64,000 nucleotides of DNA from Candidatus Bathyarchaeota archaeon (GTDB lineage Archaea > Thermoproteota > CALKCG01 > B24 > DRYS01): NCBI GenBank assembly GCA_025058595.1, contig JANXEK010000003.1, positions 4,233 to 68,232 on the forward strand, read 5' to 3'. The notes below the pieces were generated by a model. It had not been told where the DNA came from, did no database searches, and saw nothing but the letters and a program-made list of their open reading frames with translations. Both the position numbers and the translations under genes were made by a program. Each line of letters opens with the position of its first letter. Position 1 is the first letter of the stretch. This document shows, piece after piece, positions 10,854 through 20,536 of the stretch.

Positions 10854-12218
10854 ATGGCTCTTGGGGGAGGGGAAGTATTTAAATTAGATAAGGGGATGTT
10901 TAATCGTGGTTGTGGAGGTGTATATCTGATGGCTAAGATAGTTTTTATCGGTGCTGGAAGTGTCGTTTTTGCTAGCCGCTTGCTTACTGATATAGTCTAT
11001 CATCCGGAGCTTAGAGATTCCACGGTATCTCTTATGGATATCGATGCTGAGCGGCTCGGTGTGATAACGAGGTTTGCGTATACGCTTGCCTCTAAGTATG
11101 CACCTAACTTGAAGATAGAATCGACTTTGAATCGTAGGGAGGCTTTAGATGGGGCGGATTACGTGGTAGTGATGATTCAGGTAGGGGGGTTAGAGGCTTT
11201 CGAGCATGATATATACATACCTCTAAAATATGGTGTAAACCAGGAGGTTGGGGATACCATAGGTCCGGGGGGTGTTTTCAGAGGGCTTAGGACTATACCA
11301 GTTCTACTAGATATATGCTACGATATGGAGGATCTATGTCCAGATGCTCTTCTGATAAACTATGCTAATCCTATGGCGATCAATTGTTGGGCTATGAATA
11401 AAGCTACCAGGATACGGAACGTCGGGTTATGCCATAGCGTCCAAGGGACGGCTAGGACCTTGGCGAGCTATATAGACGTACCATATGAGGATATCTACTA
11501 CTGGGTTGCCGGTATCAATCATCAAGCCTTCTTCCTAGAGTTCAAGTATAGGGGGAGGGATGCGTATCCTCTCCTCCGGGAGGCTATGAAAAGGAAGGAG
11601 ATCTACGAGAGGGATAAGGTTCGATTCGAGCTGATGAAGTATCTGGGATACTTCATAACCGAGTCGAGTCATCATCTAGGTGAGTATGTTCCATACTTCA
11701 GGACTACGGAGGAGAGACGTAGGAAGTATTGTGAACCTAGATGGTTCTACCTAGAGATATGTAAGACCCGTTGGAAGCCTCATTTCGAACGTATAGAGAG
11801 GCAGATAAGAGGGGAGGAGCCTATAGAGCTTAACAGATCGGATGAATATGGCGTAGATATAATCTATTCTATGGAGACAGGTAGGGTATGCCGTATAAAC
11901 GGTAACGTCGAAAATAGAGGTCTAATAACGAACCTTCCATATGGATGCTGCGTAGAGGTTCCATGTATGGTGGATAAAGGAGGCATCCATCCGTGCTATG
12001 TAGGAGATCTACCCCCTCAATGTGCAGCTCTGAATAGAACTAATATAAACGTTCAGGAGCTGGCTGTTAGAGCGGCTTTGGAGAAGGATAGAAACACTGT
12101 TATAGAGGCTATAATGTTCGATCCGCTGACATCCGCTATCTTGACACCTAGAGATATCGAAGAGATGGTTGACGAGATGTCTAAAGCCGAAGCTAAATGG
12201 ATACCTTGGCTAAGTTGA
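10854..12218 (+). CDS. GH4 family NAD(+)/Mn-dependent glycosidase (alpha-glucosidase/alpha-galactosidase-like). The probable true start is Met at 10929 (MAKIVFIGAGS).
   Basis: N-terminal Rossmann KIVFIGAGSVVFA, a GH4-type Cys/His region (GLCHSVQG) and a size near 430 aa. Confidence 0.75.
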   Translation: MALGGGEVFKLDKGMFNRGCGGVYLMAKIVFIGAGSVVFASRLLTDIVYHPELRDSTVSLMDIDAERLGVITRFAYTLASKYAPNLKIESTLNRREALDGADYVVVMIQVGGLEAFEHDIYIPLKYGVNQEVGDTIGPGGVFRGLRTIPVLLDICYDMEDLCPDALLINYANPMAINCWAMNKATRIRNVGLCHSVQGTARTLASYIDVPYEDIYYWVAGINHQAFFLEFKYRGRDAYPLLREAMKRKEIYERDKVRFELMKYLGYFITESSHHLGEYVPYFRTTEERRRKYCEPRWFYLEICKTRWKPHFERIERQIRGEEPIELNRSDEYGVDIIYSMETGRVCRINGNVENRGLITNLPYGCCVEVPCMVDKGGIHPCYVGDLPPQCAALNRTNINVQELAVRAALEKDRNTVIEAIMFDPLTSAILTPRDIEEMVDEMSKAEAKWIPWLS

Positions 12219-13120
12219 TCGGTGGTATGGGTATGAGGTTTGGTGTGCAGCCTCTCCAATTCCTAGATGTTATGCGTAACATAGCGGATGGATCATCTGT
12301 GGATGTATCGAAGTTCAGCTTCCCAGATTTCTGTATAGCATCGGTGGCTGAGGGCTTCCACCATGTAGAGGTGACGATGGATATAGAGCATATCCTCCCG
12401 GGATCCCTGACAAAGGATATCTTCAGGAAGCTTATCGATCTAGGTGAAAGTCTAGGTATCACCTATAGTGTCCACCTACCGTTATGGAGCGTGGAGCTTG
12501 CCTCCCCCAACCCATTTGTTAGGAAGGGCTCTGTAGATAGTATAGTTCATTCTATAAGTTTAGCTGAGGAGCTTAACCCTGAATGCTATGTTATCCATAT
12601 CACGGGAGCTCTCGCTTCAGAATTCACTAGGCTTAACATCCCTAGATACTTCAAGGAGATAGTCGACAGATACATGCTATCTAATTCTATACGGAGCTTA
12701 GAGGAGGTATTCTCTAAGGTTGATATTCCTCCACGGAGGATCGCCGTTGAAAACGTTGAATTCCCGTTCGATCTTACGAAGGAAGCTATAGATAGATTCG
12801 ATCTATCTATATGTCTGGATACCGGGCATCTACTAGCAGGCTTCTCAGGCGAACTATCGATCATAGATTTCATCGATAAGTATTACGATAGGATAGTCGA
12901 GATACACCTACACGATGGGTATCATAGGGTAGAACATGGCGTAACTATCCGAAGGGATCATCTACCGCTAGGTGAAGGCGATCTACCGCTGGGAGAGTTT
13001 ATGAACCGTCTACAAGCGAGAGAGTTTAGAGGACCTATAGTTTTCGAGCTTTCGCTCAGAGATTCGAAGAAATCTTTGGATGTTTTGAAGAATTTATGTC
13101 CTTGGATTACTATCGAGTAG
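12197..13120 (+). CDS. Sugar phosphate isomerase/epimerase of the xylose-isomerase-like TIM-barrel family. The start is probably an internal Met at 12227-12233.
   Basis: Metal-binding signature LDTGHLLAG ... EIHLHDG is typical of this TIM-barrel family. The annotated start overlaps the GH4 gene by 22 nt. Confidence 0.6.
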   Translation: MDTLAKLIGGMGMRFGVQPLQFLDVMRNIADGSSVDVSKFSFPDFCIASVAEGFHHVEVTMDIEHILPGSLTKDIFRKLIDLGESLGITYSVHLPLWSVELASPNPFVRKGSVDSIVHSISLAEELNPECYVIHITGALASEFTRLNIPRYFKEIVDRYMLSNSIRSLEEVFSKVDIPPRRIAVENVEFPFDLTKEAIDRFDLSICLDTGHLLAGFSGELSIIDFIDKYYDRIVEIHLHDGYHRVEHGVTIRRDHLPLGEGDLPLGEFMNRLQAREFRGPIVFELSLRDSKKSLDVLKNLCPWITIE

Positions 13121-13149
13121 ACTTTATATTCTAAGCAGAATATATACTG

Positions 13150-14643
13150 ATGCGATTTCATATGAAAATATATACTCTCTTCTTAGGTAAGGGGGAGTGG
13201 GGGCCAGGCTGGCCTTATATAGGGTACGATGAGAAAGGGCTATGTGAATCCATAGTGAGAAGGTTGAGGGATAGATTCCCTGATATAGAGTTTGTTGGGT
13301 GTAGGGTTATCTGGAGGTATAGTCGTGAAGAGAGCTGGGAAGTCAAGAGGGGGTTGAGAGAGGCTGACGGACTCCTTCTATGTATAGTGGGGAATTACGG
13401 GACGAATCCTATGATGGATAATATAGGGGTTGAAGCTATAGAGATAGGTAAGCCTACGATACTAGTTAGCTTTATGTATGGTGGAGATTGGGGGTTTATA
13501 AGGATATACGAGAGGGTTAGGGGTAGAGGTTTCCCGGTTCTCCCGATCTCTTCACCAAACTTTGAAGATATGAAGAGAGCTATAGGGGTCATGAAGAATC
13601 TCTACGATATGAGGGGGAGGAGGATTCTAGTTATCACCTTTGATAAAGCTGAGGTTTCGAGGAGCGAGGAGGATAAGAGGAGGCTGACTAGAATGTTGGA
13701 AGCCGAGGGTCTGCCGATAGAGGTTAAGAATATACTTGCCAAATACTATGTTTCACCAGATAGTTTTACGGTTGATGTCCATGGGGTGGATCAAGCTATA
13801 CAGTGGAGGAGGAATGAGGATCTTTATAGGAGTAATTTGAAGAGTATCTTCGGGTTAGAGCTTGTTAGGATCGATCCAGATGAGCTCCTAGATTACTGGG
13901 AGGATGTTAGCGTAGAGGAGGCTGGGAAGGTAGCTGATGAGTGGGTAAATGAGGCTGAGGAAATCAGGGTACCTCGAGATCCTATAGTGGGTGCGGCTAG
14001 ACTTTACCTGGCGTTGAAGAAGCTTCTTAAGGACAAGGGATGCGATGCCGTAGGTATCGAATGCTTCCCAGTACTACTATCAGGTAAGATGCCCATTCTA
14101 CCTTGCATGGCTTTCTCTAAGCTTAACGATGAAGGGATAGTAGCTGCATGCGAAGCGGATATGGATTCAGCCGTAACACTACTCCTAGGGAAGTATCTCG
14201 CCGGTCGGCCAGGTATGATCGGAAACTATTGCCTAGATCTATCAGGTAATAAAGTAACCTACCTACACTGCACATCGCCTACCAAACTTCATGGATACGG
14301 TAGATCATCCCTAAGCTACTATATAGATAGGCATGGTGAAGCTCACTTCATAGGAGCTTCACCTATAGTTAGGTTTCCGCAGGATGAACCTGTTACCACA
14401 GTTAAGGTAAGTGTCTTCCATAGATCGATTTGTATCCGTTATGGTAGGAGTCTAGGCTTACTAGAAGATGAGAAGGCTTGTAGGAATAAGCTGGTCGTAG
14501 AAGACGATGCTAATAGGATACTCGAGAAGCATGATCAGAGTGTATTCGGCTGGCATAAGGTATCCTTCCTAGGGGATTTAAGGTGGGAGTTTGAAGCTGC
14601 TGCTAGACTACTCTCGTTGAAGGTTGTAAAGGATGATAGGTAA
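13150..14643 (+). CDS. L-fucose/L-arabinose isomerase-family-like protein, assigned tentatively
   Basis: About 500 aa cytoplasmic protein in a sugar-catabolic cluster with loose FucI/AraA-like similarity. No diagnostic motif was verified. Confidence 0.4.
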   Translation: MRFHMKIYTLFLGKGEWGPGWPYIGYDEKGLCESIVRRLRDRFPDIEFVGCRVIWRYSREESWEVKRGLREADGLLLCIVGNYGTNPMMDNIGVEAIEIGKPTILVSFMYGGDWGFIRIYERVRGRGFPVLPISSPNFEDMKRAIGVMKNLYDMRGRRILVITFDKAEVSRSEEDKRRLTRMLEAEGLPIEVKNILAKYYVSPDSFTVDVHGVDQAIQWRRNEDLYRSNLKSIFGLELVRIDPDELLDYWEDVSVEEAGKVADEWVNEAEEIRVPRDPIVGAARLYLALKKLLKDKGCDAVGIECFPVLLSGKMPILPCMAFSKLNDEGIVAACEADMDSAVTLLLGKYLAGRPGMIGNYCLDLSGNKVTYLHCTSPTKLHGYGRSSLSYYIDRHGEAHFIGASPIVRFPQDEPVTTVKVSVFHRSICIRYGRSLGLLEDEKACRNKLVVEDDANRILEKHDQSVFGWHKVSFLGDLRWEFEAAARLLSLKVVKDDR

Positions 14644-14664
14644 TACTCCGGGTACAGCTAGATT

Positions 14665-15468
14665 CTACTCTGTTATCTTAAACCATTCGCCATGCTTCTT
14701 ATAAAGCTCCCAACATAGCCAGCCTAACCCTACGGTCATAGGACGCCTTATGTAGGCATCTATGTATCTACGTAGAGGAGATTCCGGTGGACCTAGATAT
14801 CTATCAGAAGAGTACGGCGTCGCTAAGAAGATATACGGAATGATGAATAGAATTACGGCGGCGATACCGGATAAGAGTATTCTCCTCCTACTCGCTATCG
14901 AAAACTCCTCATCCTTGCTTATGAATCTATGCGGGAACATAGGCTGTCTACGAATCTTCCACATATAGGCTGCCCCTCCTAAAGCTATCACTAAGCAGAC
15001 TGTTATGACTATGGTGCAGCCGATCATCTGTAGCAGGAAGCATGTAGGGAAGACCGCCCAGCCATATGTTATGATACAGCCTGGTATAGCGTAGGAGAGC
15101 ATGTGCATGATGATACCTGAAGCTATACTAGCAGGTATATTCCAAGGATATTTCACAACTCTAGCAAGCCATGCTATTATAAGCATAAAGAACGGTGTTC
15201 CAAACATGAAGCTTAGGGGGTTTATCATAAGTACACCTGGCTCTCTTATGAGGGATCTAATAAGCTGTCCTATTGCATAACCCCAATATGCCTCGAACGG
15301 ACCATAATATACCGCTGCAAAGGCTGGTATAGCGGGATCGAGGGTCATACCGGGCATAACTGGAACCGGTATAAGCGATGCAGCACCAGATAATGCTCCT
15401 ATTATCGCTGTTCTAGTTATTCTCCTTGGTGTCCAGAGTTCAACTCTTCTAGAGGTTTTTTGAGACAC
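14665..15468 (-). CDS. Integral membrane protein, possibly the substrate-specific (S) component of the adjacent ECF transporter
   Basis: 267 aa with 6-7 TM segments. Sits downstream in the same orientation as the EcfT/EcfA genes. The assignment is mainly from context. Confidence 0.35.
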   Translation of the reverse strand: MSQKTSRRVELWTPRRITRTAIIGALSGAASLIPVPVMPGMTLDPAIPAFAAVYYGPFEAYWGYAIGQLIRSLIREPGVLMINPLSFMFGTPFFMLIIAWLARVVKYPWNIPASIASGIIMHMLSYAIPGCIITYGWAVFPTCFLLQMIGCTIVITVCLVIALGGAAYMWKIRRQPMFPHRFISKDEEFSIASRRRILLSGIAAVILFIIPYIFLATPYSSDRYLGPPESPLRRYIDAYIRRPMTVGLGWLCWELYKKHGEWFKITE

Positions 15469-15501
15469 AATTTAACTTTTTCTGATAAGACCTATATAAA
15501 G

Positions 15502-16182
15502 TTATCGTCTACCAACTAAGATAAACAATATAAAAGATATTATAGTAGATATTAATAGGATTATGAATAGTATAGAATCTAGAGATAGCACATTCGTATA
15601 TTTAAGGGTGAGATTATCTACGAGAAATACATTCTTTTTCTCTGAATTGAGCGATTCAACTATTATCTCATATTCGCCTTTAGGAAGTTTAATGGATGTT
15701 TCAGCAGAGAAAACGAAAAAGCCGTAAGGAACTTTAAGTCTATCTACACTGTATATAATCCTACGCTCCTCTATATCCGAGATGGTGATTCTAGCGTTAA
15801 CTATAGGTATAACGTCTAGATAGTTAACCCTAATCGATAGAGTATATACTTCACAGGGTATCTTCAAGATATCATCATACTTGGTGGGAGGTATACTTGA
15901 ATATACAGGGCGCCCCCTCCATTTCACCTCTACGTGGTAGGTATTCCTCGGGATAGCTTCGGGGAGGAAACCTGATGAATTGGTAAACCCCATATACACG
16001 ACCATCCCCTCCTTGCTTATCGTTACGGTTGCGTTTGCTAACGGCTCACCTACCGAATCCACACATAGGATCGAGATAACCCCATCATCTGATTCGGCAT
16101 AGATCGAGCGTACTCTAACTACTGCTAGCGATAGGAGTAGTAGAACAATAATCCTCTCACAGCATTCCAAACCCGTACACAC
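15502..16182 (-). CDS. Secreted protein with CarboxypepD_reg-like (Ig-like) repeats and a C-terminal TM anchor
   Basis: Signal-peptide-like N-terminus. EPLANATVTISKEGMVVYMGFTNSSGF resembles the carboxypeptidase regulatory-like fold. C-terminal hydrophobic stretch followed by GRR. Confidence 0.45.
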   Translation of the reverse strand: MCTGLECCERIIVLLLLSLAVVRVRSIYAESDDGVISILCVDSVGEPLANATVTISKEGMVVYMGFTNSSGFLPEAIPRNTYHVEVKWRGRPVYSSIPPTKYDDILKIPCEVYTLSIRVNYLDVIPIVNARITISDIEERRIIYSVDRLKVPYGFFVFSAETSIKLPKGEYEIIVESLNSEKKNVFLVDNLTLKYTNVLSLDSILFIILLISTIISFILFILVGRR

Positions 16183-16993
16183 TCCAAGTATAGGTTAAAA
16201 CCCCTGTGAAGGATGTGACGAATATCGTGAAGAGTATATCGCTCTTATTAAAAGCTAAGCTTTTAATAGGTGTAGGTTTCTTAACGCCGAAAGCTCTAGA
16301 TTCTATCGATAGGCTCATACGTTCAGATAGGAGTATAGCCTCTCTGATAGAGGGGAAAACTATCGTATACAGAGATCGAACTCTTCTGATAGGATTCCCA
16401 TATGAGGCTTCCCACCCTCTAGATCTTGCCGCATCTATTATCCCTTGAATCCTCTCGAGGAGGACCGGGTAGAATCGAACCCCTGTCATCACTATGAAGG
16501 AGATTTTGTAGGGTAGGATCCTCCCGACTAACGATACTATATCGGATATCGGCGTGGTATATGTTAATAGACATGCGGCTGTTACGGCTAAAGCTATCTT
16601 CATAGTAACCGCTGTACCCCATAGTAAACCGGCGTAGGTGATAGCCGTATATCCTATGATAGGCGTTCCTCTAGGTGTAACCTCTAGTACGACCCTACAT
16701 CCGTACTCCGGCGGTATCCTCCAAAGCTGCTCTGGGCTTGTAATCCAGAGCGATACAGTATAACCTCCGAATAGGGAGCCTATATAAGCCCACCAAGCTC
16801 TCGAAAGCAGCTTAACCCAAGGCACCCTAGATAGATAGCCGACCACGGCTATCTGGGCTGCCAGTATTATAAGCGGCTGTGGCTCCAGGTATAATGTGAA
16901 TAGGAATGTACAGCATGCGAACCATATAGCTTTCACGGCAGGGTTCAATCTATGGATGATAGTATCCTTTGCTTCATACTCGAGTAGAACCAT
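16157..16993 (-). CDS. ecfT: ECF transporter transmembrane component EcfT (CbiQ family)
   Basis: About 280 aa with 5-6 TM segments and conserved coupling-helix motifs ARSRGW and ESRAFG. The 3' end overlaps the start of the ATPase gene. Confidence 0.65.
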   Translation of the reverse strand: MVLLEYEAKDTIIHRLNPAVKAIWFACCTFLFTLYLEPQPLIILAAQIAVVGYLSRVPWVKLLSRAWWAYIGSLFGGYTVSLWITSPEQLWRIPPEYGCRVVLEVTPRGTPIIGYTAITYAGLLWGTAVTMKIALAVTAACLLTYTTPISDIVSLVGRILPYKISFIVMTGVRFYPVLLERIQGIIDAARSRGWEASYGNPIRRVRSLYTIVFPSIREAILLSERMSLSIESRAFGVKKPTPIKSLAFNKSDILFTIFVTSFTGVLTYTWSVYGFGML

Positions 16994-18767
16994 CCACTCC
17001 TCCCCCTAAGATATGCGTGATACAGCGATGCATATCTTCGACGGATAATATATCTCCCGGGATGCCATACTCGGATAGCATCTGACTCAGCCTAGTTATC
17101 TGAGGGGGTTGAACCCATGTTACCCGTAGGATCTCCGGTTTAGAGAATACGTATCTAGGGGTACCGTCAAGGATTATCCCCCCCTCATGCATAACTATAA
17201 CTCTATCGGCGAATCTAGCGACAAGCTCCATCTCATGCGTGATCATGATTACGGTTTTCCCATCCCTCCTTCTTAAATCGTCGAGAAGCCTACACACATA
17301 TATCGAATCTATCCAATCCTGCCCTGTAGTAGGTTCATCGACCACTATAATCTTCGGATCCATAGCTATAACAGATCCTAGTACTACACGGAACTTCTTC
17401 CCCCTATCGAGGGAGGATGTAATACTATCTCCATAAGCTTCCAATCCCAGTATTCGTATGATTTCCTCTACCCTTCTCTCCACATACTCCTCAGGGAGAC
17501 CCATATTTCTAAGACCGAATCCTATCTCCTCCCTGACCGTTGCGAAGAAAAGCTGTTGTTCAGGTATCTGGAAGACGTAGCCGATCTTCCTAACTATTTC
17601 CTTCATACTAGCCTTCCTTAGATCTAAGCCATCAACGATTACTTCTATACTCTTATCTCTAGGTTTCAATAGTCCGCATAGGTATTTAGCGAGCGTAGTC
17701 TTTCCAGAACCGTTCTGCCCTATTAAAGCTACAAACTCTCCGCTATAGATATCAAGGTTTACGTCGCGGAGAGCTCTAACACCACTGGGATAGATATGCG
17801 ATAACCTCCTAATCCTGATTATAGGTTCTACAGGTTTAGTAAGCGATGTACCGATATCTTCCTTAGCTACAGAGTCTATCCTAAACGGAGGGGTACGCTT
17901 ATCCCTAAGCATATCGGCTATATGCTTAAACGCTTCATCGATATCCATAGCTAAACCCTCCCTCCAAACACCCTCCATCTTCAACATCATCGAAAGCTTT
18001 GAAACATCAGGTATACGTATACCGATACGTTCAAGCATATCTACCTCCTGCATGACCTCTCTACAGCCTCCATCTATAACCACCTCACCTCCATCCAACA
18101 CTACGATTCTATCAGCAAGACCGATAATCTCCTCTGCATCGAAGCTCGATAGAACTACCGTTATACCATACCTCCTATTCAACTCCTTGAGGACGGAGAG
18201 AACCCTCATACTACCTAGGGGGTCGAGCATAGAGGTAGGTTCATCTAGAGCTATAACGTTAGGCATCATCGAGAGAACGCCAGCTATAGCGAGACTCTGC
18301 TTCTCACCGCCAGATAGGTTGTATGGATTCCTATACCTCAAAGCTCCAAGCCTCGTCGCATCTAGAGCGAAATCAACCCTCTTCAGAATTTCATCCTTCG
18401 GTAAACCGAGGTTCGACGGTCCGAAGGCGGCATCCTCCCATACGGTGAACGAAACTATATGGGCTTCAGGATCATCCATAACCACACCTACGTGCATCGC
18501 TAGCTCGTAGAGCGGATAATCCCTGGTATCTAAACCCTCGACTAGAACGCGACCTTTAAGCTCACCTTTAACATAGTTCGGAATAACCCCGCCCATAGCG
18601 TATATCAGCGTAGTCTTACCTGCTCCAGTCCTACCGAGAACCGCTGTAATCTCACCCCTTCTAATCTTTAGATCTACATCCTTTAACGCAGGTTTCCTAG
18701 ATCCTTCGTAAGTAAAGGTAACATCCTCTAAAATCAACGGGTAATCCTCGTGCATCGATACCATCAA
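16974..18767 (-). CDS. Fused tandem ABC ATPase of an ECF transporter (EcfA-EcfA')
   Basis: Two complete ABC cassettes: Walker A GRTGAGKTT and GQNGSGKTT, signatures LSGGEKQ (twice), and Walker B ALDEPTS and VDEPTTGQD. Confidence 0.85.
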   Translation of the reverse strand: MMVSMHEDYPLILEDVTFTYEGSRKPALKDVDLKIRRGEITAVLGRTGAGKTTLIYAMGGVIPNYVKGELKGRVLVEGLDTRDYPLYELAMHVGVVMDDPEAHIVSFTVWEDAAFGPSNLGLPKDEILKRVDFALDATRLGALRYRNPYNLSGGEKQSLAIAGVLSMMPNVIALDEPTSMLDPLGSMRVLSVLKELNRRYGITVVLSSFDAEEIIGLADRIVVLDGGEVVIDGGCREVMQEVDMLERIGIRIPDVSKLSMMLKMEGVWREGLAMDIDEAFKHIADMLRDKRTPPFRIDSVAKEDIGTSLTKPVEPIIRIRRLSHIYPSGVRALRDVNLDIYSGEFVALIGQNGSGKTTLAKYLCGLLKPRDKSIEVIVDGLDLRKASMKEIVRKIGYVFQIPEQQLFFATVREEIGFGLRNMGLPEEYVERRVEEIIRILGLEAYGDSITSSLDRGKKFRVVLGSVIAMDPKIIVVDEPTTGQDWIDSIYVCRLLDDLRRRDGKTVIMITHEMELVARFADRVIVMHEGGIILDGTPRYVFSKPEILRVTWVQPPQITRLSQMLSEYGIPGDILSVEDMHRCITHILGGGVDGSTRV

Positions 18768-18975
18768 ACAACCTACGGTATACTAAACCTTGATCCCACC
18801 TAAAAAGTTTTGTATCAAGGAGTATATGGAGGCTATCAGAACCATTACAGACTCTAGATCGAGAAAACCAGCCCTTCATCACTACTTATAAACGAGAAGC
18901 TCGGAGCACCGCTCAAATATATCTCCAGATCCAATTTTGGATGCTAACCAAGATTCCTTCATGTTACTCGGTATT

Positions 18976-19312
18976 CTAAGCTATCTTAATCCAATACTTA
19001 GATGCATCCCTTAACGTTATGCTCTCCTCGAGTCTACACCGTAATTCGGTAGGTGTTAGAGGTATTAGATCTAAGCCTCGCGTTATACCAGCCTCCCATG
19101 CTATCCTGTAGAGGATCTTCATCCTATCTTTGAACAGCATACCCTCGAAATCCCTAGATACCACTACTAGATCTTATATCGCTCCTTTTAATCCATACAC
19201 CCTTAGCGTAGCTTCCGAATAGATAGACGCTATCTAATCTGAATCTTCTTGATATAGCTGAGATAAGCTTCTCTATATCTCCAGATACATCCCTCGGTAT
19301 ACCTTCTAACAT
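18976..19312 (-). pseudogene. Minimal nucleotidyltransferase (MNT, HEPN partner) interrupted by a single-nucleotide frameshift near 19172-19176
   Basis: Reading the minus strand from ATG (rc of 19310-19312, preceded by GGAGGT) gives MLEGIPRDVSGDIEKLISAISRRFRLDSVYLFGSYAKGVWIKRSDI, the GSxAKG...SDID NTase motif. It then hits a stop. The +1 frame continues VVSRDFEGMLFKDRMKILYRIAWEAGITRGLDLIPLTPTELRCRLEESITLRDA, a typical MNT C-terminus. Deleting one T in the TT at 19174-19175 restores ...SDIDLVVVSRDFEG... Confidence 0.6.
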
Positions 19313-19685
19313 AGCTTAGAACCTCCTCTGCAAGCTTTAAAGCTCTCTCAGCTTCTAATCTATCGACAGATTCGCTTGGTAAGCCGTTAGCAGCATCTGG
19401 ACACATGGTAACCGTATAGTACTTGTTCAGTATATAGAGTTGATCCTCGAGATCTCTATCTAACCTGAAGCTGGATTCTTTAAGTAAGGCGTAAAGCTCC
19501 GTAACCGTGTGAATCTTCGGTGGATCCTCCCTTCTAACTACGAAGAAAAGAGCTTTCAAAACTTTCTCGACGGCTTGATGGGCGTAGAATGCTACCCTAA
19601 AATACCTGCCTCTAACTAGAGCATCTCTCGCATCTACCAGATCATCCTCAGCCGCTCTAAGCCATAGATGAAACTCTCTCCTCAC
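19230..19685 (-). CDS. HEPN-domain protein, the toxin-like partner of the MNT
   Basis: 151 aa all-alpha protein with an Rx6H motif (RREDPPKIH) and HQAVEKVLKA. Its 3' end overlaps the MNT start by about 83 nt. Confidence 0.7.
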   Translation of the reverse strand: MRREFHLWLRAAEDDLVDARDALVRGRYFRVAFYAHQAVEKVLKALFFVVRREDPPKIHTVTELYALLKESSFRLDRDLEDQLYILNKYYTVTMCPDAANGLPSESVDRLEAERALKLAEEVLSYVRRYTEGCIWRYREAYLSYIKKIQIR

Positions 19686-20471
19686 TCCTTATACCCTAAT
19701 ATGACTTACAGATAAGTATTAGGTGGATAGGCATCTGATAACCCAAGATACCAGCAACTATATCTTGATAAGCCTCGACCTCCGAGCATATAGGTGGAGT
19801 TTATCTTTGGTAGGCTTCGCTTTCGCTACTTCGAGAATCCTCGTTAGATATCTATCGAGATTCTGAGACGCATACCTTCTATACGATGCTTCTTCGATCA
19901 GCAATCCCTACCACAATATCCATCACCCTATCGGCGACCTCCTTAGGTCCCTCCATCTCTTCTCCCATGAACTCTCTCGCGATATACCTTGAAGTTATCT
20001 ATGTATCTTCGAGTGTCGCTCCTTAGTTAATCCACCCATACTTTCATCGCCGATGATCCTTAGATTATATTATACTCTTCAAGCTTCGTGGTAACAGACC
20101 TACCACTAATATTGTCTAAGCTTAAAACTATCTAGGGATTCTATACCATGCTATCGATAACCTTAACTGAAACGTTGTCTACGCAATACTCGATACTAAC
20201 GTAGAGACGGTATATGACATGTAGTGAGGTTTCAGAGAATGGATGTTGGCCTCGATTATATCCGTAGCCGCGATGATGTTTGGGATATTAAGCAAAGCCG
20301 TAAACGGGATGAGGCGAAGGAGGATTCGAGTTCTAGGGTAGATCGAGGAATATTCATGGACCTCTACATGACCCCCGTTATTCGCTATAACTTCAGCTCA
20401 TTCAAACATAGGCTTAAACCTAGGATAGATACACTCCTCCCCTCGATTAGAACCTTCTGAAGGGATTATCT

Positions 20472-20536
20472 ATGGATTTTGAGGTGATTATTAATGGCGG
20501 AGGTATGGAAATATTCATGGTCTACCCCCGGGGGGT
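20472..20536 (+). repeat. Copy A of a ~65-nt repeat ending in a C5G6 palindrome. The inverted partner is at 36801-36867.
   Basis: atggattttgaggtgattattaatggcggaggtatggaaatattcatggtctacccccggggggt is the exact reverse complement of 36801-36867 apart from homopolymer length (C5G6 versus C7G6). A partial related segment lies at about 20346-20370. Confidence 0.7.

Noticed and set aside
20224-20460. 78-aa ORF upstream of repeat copy A
   Set aside because: The translation is low-complexity and Arg/Ser-rich with no motif. It lies in a region that otherwise looks like decayed, frame-broken sequence, so it is treated as spurious.
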